Part shown: piece by piece, positions 54,601 to 61,931 of the stretch | Position numbering within the stretch: the first letter of the stretch is position 1 | How the letters are laid out: every line of letters begins with the position of its first letter | Virus record (IMG/VR): IMGVR_UViG_3300046171_000225 | Span: 1 to 64,000 of that record | Strand: one strand, 5' to 3' | From: a virus | DNA length: 64,000 nucleotides | Notes under the pieces: model-generated | What the model was told of the DNA's origin: nothing | Database searches by the model: none | The model's input: the letters and a program-made list of their open reading frames with translations, nothing else | Position numbers and translations under genes: made by a program

Positions 54601-54683
54601 ACAAGTCCTGCGAAGATAATTTCTTTGCAAAAGCGAAAGAACAATTAAATGATGCATTACTTAATACTGGGGAGGACAAGTAA
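51627..54683 (+). CDS. Large baseplate hub-like protein with N-terminal PG-binding-like module
   Basis: LPDFGVDGIWRCETQAA; C-terminal MYGNALFWPGSYIYL..LGIGGYHQI..I..SGFNT hub-like motif. Confidence 0.65.
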   Translation: MSDRESVDPRQQVPNEQQSEVTQVPQGLDLSLYDIDVSEPFGFGTGRDDPQHPSIIYDKETGFAINNNPVDGEFGDPRVRDLQILMINELDSKGRTNQPSDVLPDFGVDGIWRCETQAAFNRLLDEKGVQNKTVGNSESYDCPGLEQFVLDEKTLEQLKGKKGEEESSTSKDGGATDKDAEAANEVVDLNDQCIVISNLRQILKESSAPKGDKYPSFFMGSADESLSRDQIRYNRIHKITTTDPATMMNRLRMTRGALEFLGIRHWQLSQLVPTIRIYKQYPQGKNKPPREVEIKFNSFVDPITDLQDMLNSREQRGVGVGIEYLQYSLIGPNPDVAKKQVIGKLAIYAQNFNELFKTRRGFDQDGVEFEGGYRIIDLLLQSLGTAGRINDPNNYSLKIVVGWGASGGGGILEPALVSAIKEMQLTTIVSVGDYDIDIQDDQGGSVRVVLDFYPRLEAVTLARGSDVLADEATRKKRKQRKNIFDKLVRSEKLVDPEKPDGGSERCLSAEQTRELKASYDKDVRRDIQNSQSTLLRKLQESNLIYSLILRTPTDEEVKEQINAIATQTASSLTGELAGSLDLARLMLEFKKNQVVEVLNDPFNDERLKNDRDLLLNPETRMVQYFFLGDLLAVALDNVFEGEDKDIYLGNVKYIMGPVTFRDNNGQDITINIADIPISVDLFVDFMAKKMPTGIESGTAYPLYLFTRDVVKDLAFEAFGPECNFGLDRKNVVLATDIMGVDSGSGGTDQLDSKYNVKGSVDGRKKDRKSKDSSQNVEMNSKNGSGLLDIDQFKIDFDNPDNSTFIFDTRNQKSLRDRYTYLVIYANTEDPDLGPPSEGETRFRRDAAQGVYHVTSGLDRGLLKSVSFSKASNTSKYLRATRVQQNRELPDLQLANYFEITAEMYGNALFWPGSYIYLNTRGLGSDLLGDPSDNQTPSPSNILGIGGYHQIKRIDNTINTSGFNTKVSALFFKSGDGRPKNLVKSPTPPELVNKSCEDNFFAKAKEQLNDALLNTGEDK

Positions 54684-55963
54684 TGTCTATAAGAAAGTTC
54701 ATAGGCAGCAATAGTTTGAGCAATTCTAGAATTTTGTTTAATGAAAGAGCAAAATATAGAAACGAAGCAATCAGTAAAAGACTTCAAGCAGAGTATCCAG
54801 GAGTTTTTAGGGACTTTTGGTTTATTGAAAATATGTATTACGGTAAAATAAACAGATTGCACGAGTTTATGATTCCAAAAGAGTCTAAAATAAAAACTGT
54901 TCAACTAGATGGTGGTGAAAGTTTATTTGTTCTTGACTTTGTTGCTGACGCTATAAATGGTTTCCTCAAAAGCTATGACCAAGCCTTGAGCAACGGGAAG
55001 ATATCTAGACAAGATCAGATTTTATCTTCTTTGGTACCTGTAAAAGGTTATACAAATGTTTTATTCGACTATGAAAAGAATGTGAGATTATTAAGAGATA
55101 CTATCCATCCTATTTTAATTCAAAAAGAAAAACAAATTCATGATTTTGAATCTTTTGTTGATCTGTTTATGGAGATGCTCTTTGAAAATTATACTAATAA
55201 TCCATTTACTCTTACTGGATTTGTTTCTAGTAAACTTTCTCCCCTATCCATGACTGGCTTATTCGTTGAGATGTCTAATCTAGACTACGGAAAGGATCAA
55301 GAAAAAATAACAGAACTTATTGATAAACCAAGTTATACTTTCTTTATAAAGAATTGTGCTAAGCATGGATTTTTAATTGATGTTAACGTCCCATGGAGAG
55401 TCTGTGCTAACATCGGCTCACTAGAAATGGAAAGCTACATGGCGAAGTACGATTCTAACAAAGACAAAGTCTTCAACGATTACTATGATGTATCGTACAA
55501 TAGAGATATAGAATATATGATGAATTATCTATTATCTTTTTATAATAGATTTGTTACATTTAGACCTTTTATTCAGAATGAAAAAGTAGATGGCTTTAAT
55601 ATACATAGATATGTCACTCGAAGAAAGAAGTTGACTAAAGAAGAACTAGACTTTAAGTATGATAATAAATTTAGATTAAATTTATATATTGATTTAAGAA
55701 ATAGAGAGACCAATAGTCGGTATAAAAAAGCCTTAATAAATAAAATAAAGAACAATGCTATGGGATATCTTGACTCTCTAGGAATGCAGTCAGCGATGTC
55801 GTACATAGATCAGCAGTTCAAAGGGTTTTTAAACGACAGAGGGGCGTACAACAGTCTCAATATTGCCTCAGAGTTGGAGCTAGAAAACGCACAAGCTTCT
55901 GGACAGGACTTGCAGGAAGTGCTAGACCGTTCGGTAGCAGAGTCTAGAAAGACGATTTACTAG
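54683..55963 (+). CDS. Hypothetical protein
   Basis: 426-aa AT-rich ORF coupled to the hub gene. Confidence 0.6.
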   Translation: MSIRKFIGSNSLSNSRILFNERAKYRNEAISKRLQAEYPGVFRDFWFIENMYYGKINRLHEFMIPKESKIKTVQLDGGESLFVLDFVADAINGFLKSYDQALSNGKISRQDQILSSLVPVKGYTNVLFDYEKNVRLLRDTIHPILIQKEKQIHDFESFVDLFMEMLFENYTNNPFTLTGFVSSKLSPLSMTGLFVEMSNLDYGKDQEKITELIDKPSYTFFIKNCAKHGFLIDVNVPWRVCANIGSLEMESYMAKYDSNKDKVFNDYYDVSYNRDIEYMMNYLLSFYNRFVTFRPFIQNEKVDGFNIHRYVTRRKKLTKEELDFKYDNKFRLNLYIDLRNRETNSRYKKALINKIKNNAMGYLDSLGMQSAMSYIDQQFKGFLNDRGAYNSLNIASELELENAQASGQDLQEVLDRSVAESRKTIY

Positions 55964-55973
55964 CGGAGTTAGT

Positions 55974-57155
55974 GTGCTGTTCCAAACGTTAGACGATAAA
56001 AACGAGTGTGTTGCGTTCTACGAAGATGGTGAGTTTGTCGAGTCTTACCGTGATTCTATGACACACAGCTGGACTGCACCTGCTTATTTGCAGGGATACG
56101 ATATCGAGTACGCTTACCTTTACGCGAAGTCAAGCTTGAAGGATGTTTGTCCTGAGCACCTGACCAAGGAGCTGACCGAATGTTTAGACTTGCTGCGTGC
56201 CTACACACTCTCGATGATGGAAGCACAGCTAGACCTGAATCAGCACTGCTTCTACGATTTGGTGCCCGAGAGTTTTCTGAAGAGATTTTGTGAAATCAAA
56301 AACAAGGTTGCAGCACATGTATTTGAGAACTTCAAGAAGCCAAAAGAGTATAAGTTTTTAAAGCAACTGCACGAACTAACACAAGAGATTTCTAATAGGA
56401 AACTAAATTTAGACTTCGAAGATAGCATTAGATTAGCGGATCTCTCTAAGCCATCTCGTAGTAAGCTTCGTAGTGTCAAGAGGTCGGCACCCTACGTCAG
56501 GTATAATATCTTTGGCTCTAGGACAGGGAGGCTCACTACTAGGCCAAACAGTTTTCCGATCCTGAACATCAATAAGGAGTTTCGGAGTGCTATCCGGCCT
56601 ACTAATGATTTCTTCGTAGAGCTTGACTACAATGCTTTTGAACTAAGAGTTCTACTCTATCTTATGGATAAAGAGCAGCCCAACATCGATATCCATGAGT
56701 GGAATATTCAAAATGTTTATCGAGGGGCTGGCAGCAGAGACGAAGCTAAAACAAGAATCTTTTCTTGGCTTTACAACTTAGAGTCTGACGATCATTTATC
56801 CGAGCGTGCATATAACAGGCAGGAAATCATTGACAGGTACTGGGATGGCCAAAGAATTATCAATCCTTTCGGAAGATCGATAGAGGCTGATAAGTTCCAT
56901 GCCTTGTCGTACCTAATCCAGAGCACTGCCGCTGATATAGTCTTGAGGCAGATGGTAAAGCTGCACAAAATGTTAACTGAGGTTAAGTCACACATTGCCT
57001 TTACAATTCACGATTCTGTAGTGATCGACATGTCATACGACGATGCACATCTATTGCCGGAACTTAAGAAACAGTTCTCTACTTATAGGGGCACAGAGTT
57101 CTTGACCAATATGTCAGTCGGGGCTAACTTTGGAAACATGGAGACCAGAAAATGA
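55974..57155 (+). CDS. Minimal family A DNA polymerase-like protein (no recognisable exonuclease)
   Basis: TGRL, motif A ELDYNAFELR, motif B RDEAKTRIFSWLY, IQSTAAD, motif C IHDS. Confidence 0.8.
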   Translation: MLFQTLDDKNECVAFYEDGEFVESYRDSMTHSWTAPAYLQGYDIEYAYLYAKSSLKDVCPEHLTKELTECLDLLRAYTLSMMEAQLDLNQHCFYDLVPESFLKRFCEIKNKVAAHVFENFKKPKEYKFLKQLHELTQEISNRKLNLDFEDSIRLADLSKPSRSKLRSVKRSAPYVRYNIFGSRTGRLTTRPNSFPILNINKEFRSAIRPTNDFFVELDYNAFELRVLLYLMDKEQPNIDIHEWNIQNVYRGAGSRDEAKTRIFSWLYNLESDDHLSERAYNRQEIIDRYWDGQRIINPFGRSIEADKFHALSYLIQSTAADIVLRQMVKLHKMLTEVKSHIAFTIHDSVVIDMSYDDAHLLPELKKQFSTYRGTEFLTNMSVGANFGNMETRK

Positions 57156-57412
57156 AGCCAACACCAGAAGAGATTGCATCTATCAACGAGGAAGCACTAA
57201 TAGCAGATGGGCTAGGTGATGCTATAATTGGCTACGGGAATCAGTATCCAAAGAACCCTGTAGTTATCTACGACTACGATAAGTGCGTGGATATACTCAT
57301 AACGCAGGGAATGTCTTACCATGACGCAGTAGAGTGGATGGAATTCAATGTTGTTTGCTCATACATGGGAGAGGGCACACCAATTTTTATGAGGAATTTC
57401 GAATGGATGTAG
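57152..57412 (+). CDS. Conserved phage hypothetical protein
   Basis: ADGLGDAIIG..YDYDKCVDIL..AVEWMEFNV..YMGEGTP. Confidence 0.6.
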   Translation: MKPTPEEIASINEEALIADGLGDAIIGYGNQYPKNPVVIYDYDKCVDILITQGMSYHDAVEWMEFNVVCSYMGEGTPIFMRNFEWM

Positions 57413-58233
57413 TAGGACTTGGCACAGCAGCATGTAATATTGCGGATCATTTTTCGAGATACCCACAGTACACAGTCCATAAGATTGATGTGGGTATTGA
57501 AGGAGATCGCTGTTTTTCTGTAGGTCAGCAAAGAAATGCTGAGGATTACGAATCTAATGTTCCGGTTATGAACGATTTCTTTTCTGGTTTTGGTGACGAG
57601 GTACTGTTCATCATAGCAGGATCAGGCAATATCTCCGGGATGGCTCTCAGAGTCCTAGAGCAAATAAAGAACAAGAGAATAACAATTCTGTATATTAGCC
57701 CAAACAAGAAGACCTTAACAGGGAAGAAAAAGCTTCTAGAAAGAGCAACCTTTGGTATTCTTCAAGAGTATGCTAGATCCGGGCTTCTGGAAGAAGTTGT
57801 TATTGTTAGCAATGAAAAAGTTGCGGAGATCGTAGGGGACTTACCAGTAATCGGATACTACAGGAAGATTAACGAGCTCATAGTATCTACTCTACACTTC
57901 ATAAATATTTTCAACAGAACAGAACATGTTTACGGCGTCTTAGAAGACAAAGATGATGTGTGTGCAATAACAACAATCGGTATACTGAATCCGGAGACAT
58001 CTAAAGAACAAATGCTCTTTGATCTTGACCTTATTCGCGAAAAGGACTACCAGTACGCTCTTAGAAACAGTGTGCTCATGAGTGAATCAAAGGTTATACC
58101 TACCATTGAAGGCCATATGGAAGAAAAAACAGAAACCTGGTTGACAAAAATATCGTATAGGATATACTCCACCGAGTACGAGACAGACTATGGGTATGTG
58201 ATGTACAGAACATCTAAGGTACAGGGGGAGTAG
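57403..58233 (+). CDS. Divergent tubulin/FtsZ-like protein
   Basis: VVGLGTAACNIAD (T1-like), IAGSGNISG (degenerate GGGTGSG), IVSNEKV, KINELI; likely ATG 57403. Confidence 0.65.
   Translation: MDVVGLGTAACNIADHFSRYPQYTVHKIDVGIEGDRCFSVGQQRNAEDYESNVPVMNDFFSGFGDEVLFIIAGSGNISGMALRVLEQIKNKRITILYISPNKKTLTGKKKLLERATFGILQEYARSGLLEEVVIVSNEKVAEIVGDLPVIGYYRKINELIVSTLHFINIFNRTEHVYGVLEDKDDVCAITTIGILNPETSKEQMLFDLDLIREKDYQYALRNSVLMSESKVIPTIEGHMEEKTETWLTKISYRIYSTEYETDYGYVMYRTSKVQGE
58141..58168 (+). promoter_or_regulatory. Sigma70-like promoter inside the 3' end of the tubulin-like gene
   Basis: TTGACA-N16-TATACT. Confidence 0.55.
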
Positions 58234-58482
58234 GTGAAAGCGTATATGGTTTCTTTTCGTAAGTCTGATGGTTCAATCAGGCAAATGATCTTTTCGAAAA
58301 TAAAAGACTTGCCATCTTCTTTCGTTAATGGTAAACTAACCGGCACCGGAAAGCAAAAGACTCTGTCTGAGGGTCGAGAGCTTGTCTGGGATTTGGAAAA
58401 GAACGCATTTAGAGTTGTAAATTATAATACACTTGTTGGCAATATTGTCGAAGTGAATTATGATGAAGGAAAGTTAATTTAA
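58234..58482 (+). CDS. Small SH3/WYL-like hypothetical protein
   Basis: F.KSDGSIRQM..LVWDLEKNAFR pattern. Confidence 0.55.
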   Translation: MKAYMVSFRKSDGSIRQMIFSKIKDLPSSFVNGKLTGTGKQKTLSEGRELVWDLEKNAFRVVNYNTLVGNIVEVNYDEGKLI

Positions 58483-58553
58483 ATAGTTAGTGCGTAAGAA
58501 TACCTCTTGCGTAACTATAGGGTAACCACCCACATAACAATAGGAGTACCAAA

Positions 58554-59327
58554 ATGGGTATCAATCTAGATAAGATGAGAGCAAAGTTGGATCGACTTGA
58601 GGGCAAGAACGCTCGCAAGGAGAGCATTTTTTGGAAGCCTACCGATGGCGAGCAGACCATCCGTATTCTTCCGGTAGCGGACGGCGACCCCTTCAAGGAG
58701 TTCTGGTTCCACTACAACCTTGGCAACAATCGTGGATTCCTTTCGCCAAAGCGTAACTACGGCGAGGCAGACCCACTCGATGATTTTGTCCGTAAGCTTT
58801 TTAACGAAGGCACTGATGACTCTGTCAAGATGGCCAAGAACCTCATGGCACGCCAGCGATTCTTCTCCGCAGTTATTGTTCGCGGTGAGGAAGAGAAGGG
58901 TGTTCGTCTCTGGGGCTATGGCAAGACAGCATACAAGGATCTTCTCGACCTTGTCATGAACGAGGACTATGGGGACATTACAGACCCTGAGACAGGCACT
59001 GACCTCGTTCTCAAGTACGGCAAGCCTCCTGGAGCTTCCTACCCACAGACAAGCCTTACACCGCGTCGTCGTCCGTCTCCCTTGAGCAGTAACGAAGATC
59101 AGATGGCTGATTGGGTTCATACTGTACCAGACTTCGACAAGGCATTCGCAGAGTCTCGCAAGACCCCAGACGAGGTTGGCCAAATGCTAGACGAGTGGCT
59201 TGCAAGCGAGTCTGATGGTGGAGAGACAGAGCGTTATGGCGATAATTCTGCTAAAAAAGAGTCCAATTCCTTCAATAGTGTGGACGATAAGCTAAACGAA
59301 CTACTAAATAGTAGCGCAACCATTTGA
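58554..59327 (+). CDS. Single-stranded DNA-binding protein (gp32-like)
   Basis: FWKP..IRILP, LWGYGK, YGDITDPETGTDL; acidic tail; AGGAG SD. Confidence 0.85.
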   Translation: MGINLDKMRAKLDRLEGKNARKESIFWKPTDGEQTIRILPVADGDPFKEFWFHYNLGNNRGFLSPKRNYGEADPLDDFVRKLFNEGTDDSVKMAKNLMARQRFFSAVIVRGEEEKGVRLWGYGKTAYKDLLDLVMNEDYGDITDPETGTDLVLKYGKPPGASYPQTSLTPRRRPSPLSSNEDQMADWVHTVPDFDKAFAESRKTPDEVGQMLDEWLASESDGGETERYGDNSAKKESNSFNSVDDKLNELLNSSATI

Positions 59328-59329
59328 TT

Positions 59330-59398
59330 CCCCCCGCCGCAGGTAGGCACGGGCTGAGAAGCGATCCCAAGCTTCTTTAACAGGTGCCTAATTTTTTT
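59330..59398 (+). ncRNA. Candidate structured RNA/complex terminator downstream of SSB
   Basis: TAGGCAC/GTGCCTA outer stem enclosing an AGAAGC/GCTTCT stem, followed by T7. Confidence 0.4.
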
Positions 59399-59415
59399 GA
59401 TAAAGGAAAAATAAA

Positions 59416-59643
59416 ATGATAAACATTAACATCATGTCGGCTCTACAAGATCGTAGAGTCCAGGTTGGTCTAGCAGCTGTAGGGCTTTTCTTCATTGCCC
59501 TTATCCTTGCTGACTGCGATACATCGAGAGCAGATGTAGCTGCAACAACTCATGCACCAACCACCGTGCCAACAGTAAGTGTTACCCCTCCTACCCAGGA
59601 TGAAGACACACTAGAGATTGTCTCAGAAAACACTGAAAACTGA
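59416..59643 (+). CDS. Small single-pass membrane protein with Thr/Pro-rich tail
   Basis: VGLAAVGLFFIALILA hydrophobic segment. Confidence 0.5.
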   Translation: MININIMSALQDRRVQVGLAAVGLFFIALILADCDTSRADVAATTHAPTTVPTVSVTPPTQDEDTLEIVSENTEN

Positions 59644-59652
59644 TTGACACAC

Positions 59653-59686
59653 GGCAGGGCATCTAATATAGGTGTCCTGTCTTTTT
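59653..59686 (+). terminator. Terminator-like hairpin before recA
   Basis: GGCAGGGCATCTA/TAGGTGTCCTGTC stem (with G-U pairs) followed by T5. Confidence 0.55.
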
Positions 59687-59702
59687 ATTTTATGGAGGTA
59701 AC

Positions 59703-60833
59703 GTGGCGAAGAAGCAAAAGACTGGTTCCGTATCCGTAGGCGATATGATGAAGAGAATGAATAAGCGATACGGAATGCAGGTAGCCCATGATCTGACACA
59801 AGAGAACCCAACAGAGGTTAAGGGATGGATCCCAACTGGTTCACGATGGCTAGATTCGATCATTTGCAAAGGCAAGAAAGCAGGAATCCCTATGGGCAAG
59901 ATTACTGAGATTGCTGGACTTTCCGCAACTGGCAAGAGTTACATGGCCGCTTGCATTGCAGCAAACGCTCAGAAGATGGGCCAGTATGTTGTTTACTTCG
60001 ACTCAGAGAGTGCGATTGATCCTTCGTTCCTATCCAAAGCTGGTATAGATACTAGTCCTGAATACTTTATGTATGTTCAAGCTATTACTGTAGAGCAAGT
60101 TTTGGAGATGGTCGAAGAGTTTATTGGGATGGATCAGCCTATGGTTTTCATCTGGGACTCGATTGCAAACACCCCAACGGACTCTGATAAAGAGGGTAGC
60201 TTCAATCCAAATGCCTCGGTTGGCAAAAAAGCAAGAACTCTTTCTTTGGCATTTCAAAAGCTTACTATTCCTCTTGCGAATGCAAAATGTACATTGCTTT
60301 GTCTAAACCAGTTAAAGCAAAAGATTGCTTCCACCCACGCCGAAAGAATGGAAGCCATGTCTGAGCCTCTGACCACGCCGGGAGGTAAGTCTGTTGTTTA
60401 TGCGTCTTCTCTCCGTATTTGGTTAACTAAGCGTAAGTCTAAGGCTTCTTTTGTTCTTGACGACAATGGATTTACGATTGGTTCGGAAGTTAAGGCTACT
60501 CTTAAGAAGTCTCGGTTCGGCACTGAACGCCGCCAGTGCACTTTCCAGATTACTTGGGGAGATGATGAAGTTAGAATCATGGACGAGGAATCTTGGTTTG
60601 AGGCTATCAAAGGATCAGAATACATTAAGCAAAGCGGAGCTTGGTACACTCTTGTTTACGACAATGGCGACGAACAGAGATTCCAAGCTACAAAGTGGAT
60701 GAAACTTCTAGAAGATCCAAAATTCCGAAGCAGAGTTGAGGAGTTGATGGATCTTGAAGTTATTGGAAAGTATAAGGATAGAAAGGGCGATATCACAGCA
60801 TTTGAAGATGTTGACGCTCATCTTCCTGACTAA
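59703..60833 (+). CDS. recA: RecA/UvsX recombinase
   Basis: IPTGS, Walker A GLSATGKS, FDSESA, WDSIA, NQL, TPGGK, QSGAWY. Confidence 0.93.
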   Translation: MAKKQKTGSVSVGDMMKRMNKRYGMQVAHDLTQENPTEVKGWIPTGSRWLDSIICKGKKAGIPMGKITEIAGLSATGKSYMAACIAANAQKMGQYVVYFDSESAIDPSFLSKAGIDTSPEYFMYVQAITVEQVLEMVEEFIGMDQPMVFIWDSIANTPTDSDKEGSFNPNASVGKKARTLSLAFQKLTIPLANAKCTLLCLNQLKQKIASTHAERMEAMSEPLTTPGGKSVVYASSLRIWLTKRKSKASFVLDDNGFTIGSEVKATLKKSRFGTERRQCTFQITWGDDEVRIMDEESWFEAIKGSEYIKQSGAWYTLVYDNGDEQRFQATKWMKLLEDPKFRSRVEELMDLEVIGKYKDRKGDITAFEDVDAHLPD

Positions 60834-60841
60834 TAGTATTA

Positions 60842-60928
60842 GGTGAGGTGTCCGAGTGGCTTAAGGATCCGGTCTTGAAAACCGGTGAGGGTTAACGCCC
60901 TCCGTGGGTTCGAATCCCACCCTCACCG
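60842..60928 (+). tRNA. tRNA-Ser (anticodon TGA), long variable arm, CCA not encoded
   Basis: GGTGAGG/CCTCACC acceptor stem, CCGGT-CTTGAAA-ACCGG anticodon arm, GTTCGAATC T-loop, discriminator G. Confidence 0.95.
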
Positions 60929-60945
60929 TTTTTTCTGGGGGAAAA

Positions 60946-61908
60946 ATGAAAAGGGCAATGATAATAGACTGCATGAATATATATCTGCGGTCATATATAG
61001 TAGACCCAAGTCTCTCTACAAATGGCCACCCAATTGGTGGCTTTAAAGGTTTTCTGAAAACACTCCAGAAACTTTGTAGAGAGATAAAGCCTGATAAGGT
61101 TATAATTGCTTGGGACTGTGGCGGAGGGTCAAGAAAGCGAAAGACTCTTAACAAGAACTATAAAGCTGGTAGGTCCCCTGTTCGACTCAACAGAGAAGTA
61201 AGGAACATGACTCTGAGGGAAGAACAAGACAACAAGATATGGCAACAGATCAGGCTTTCTGAGTATCTAAATCAACTTGCTGTAATTCAGTATTGTATCG
61301 AAGACGTAGAAGCTGACGATATTATTTCATATCTGGTGCAAAACAAAAGACTGGCAGACTGGCAAAAGATTATCATCTCTAGTGACAAAGACTTTTACCA
61401 ATTGTGCGACGATAAGACGGTCATTTATAGGCCAACTCAAAAAGAAGTCTTAAACAAGTACTCGATTATTGAACAACACGGCATTCATCCTGTAAACTTT
61501 GCTCTTGCCAGAGCCATTGCCGGTGACCCTTCAGACAACTTAAAGGGTGTTAAAGGCGCTGGGCTGAAAACGATATCTAAAAGATTTCCTTTCATGATAG
61601 AAAACGAAGACTACTTAATAGAAGATATCGTAAAGGCATGCAAAGAAGAAGAGAAGAAGTTAGTAGTACATAATAGAATTCTGGAAAACGTCAGTTTGAT
61701 ACAGAACAACTATAGGTTGATGCAACTCTATAGTCCATCGTTATCTCCTACTGTTAAATCAAAGATCAACTACATACTAGAAAATGCAGACATAGAATTT
61801 AATTTAACTGAGCTTAGGAAAATGATGCTAGAAGATGGGTTTGGCGAGTGGGATAACACGGACCTCACAATCGCCATGAGAAAGATAGTTGCCAACGAAA
61901 AACAGTAG
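60946..61908 (+). CDS. 5'-3' exonuclease / RNase H (T4 rnh, PolI 5'-nuclease-like)
   Basis: IID..N, YKAGR, EADDII, SSDKDFYQL, GDPSDNLKGVKGAG.KT. Confidence 0.92.
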   Translation: MKRAMIIDCMNIYLRSYIVDPSLSTNGHPIGGFKGFLKTLQKLCREIKPDKVIIAWDCGGGSRKRKTLNKNYKAGRSPVRLNREVRNMTLREEQDNKIWQQIRLSEYLNQLAVIQYCIEDVEADDIISYLVQNKRLADWQKIIISSDKDFYQLCDDKTVIYRPTQKEVLNKYSIIEQHGIHPVNFALARAIAGDPSDNLKGVKGAGLKTISKRFPFMIENEDYLIEDIVKACKEEEKKLVVHNRILENVSLIQNNYRLMQLYSPSLSPTVKSKINYILENADIEFNLTELRKMMLEDGFGEWDNTDLTIAMRKIVANEKQ

Positions 61909-61931
61909 GTTAATAGTAGAGAGGGGGAATC

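Noticed and set aside
58566-59183. 205-aa antisense ORF over SSB (also 31858..32409, 49788..50351, 25172..25669 and others)
   Set aside because: These are shadow ORFs of strongly codon-biased plus-strand genes, with no motifs or RBS.
59355-59376. Hammerhead/twister ribozyme (CTGAGAA, TCCCAAGC)
   Set aside because: It lacks the CUGANGA/GAAA core and the twister stem arrangement.
60811-60839. TTGACG-N17-TAGTAT promoter for the tRNA
   Set aside because: The predicted start would fall inside the tRNA 5' end, so support is insufficient.
60842-60928. tRNA with TGA as a possible opal suppressor or Sec tRNA
   Set aside because: Anticodon TGA reads UCA (Ser); a suppressor would need TCA. Genes end normally at TAA, TAG and TGA, so there is no sign of recoding.
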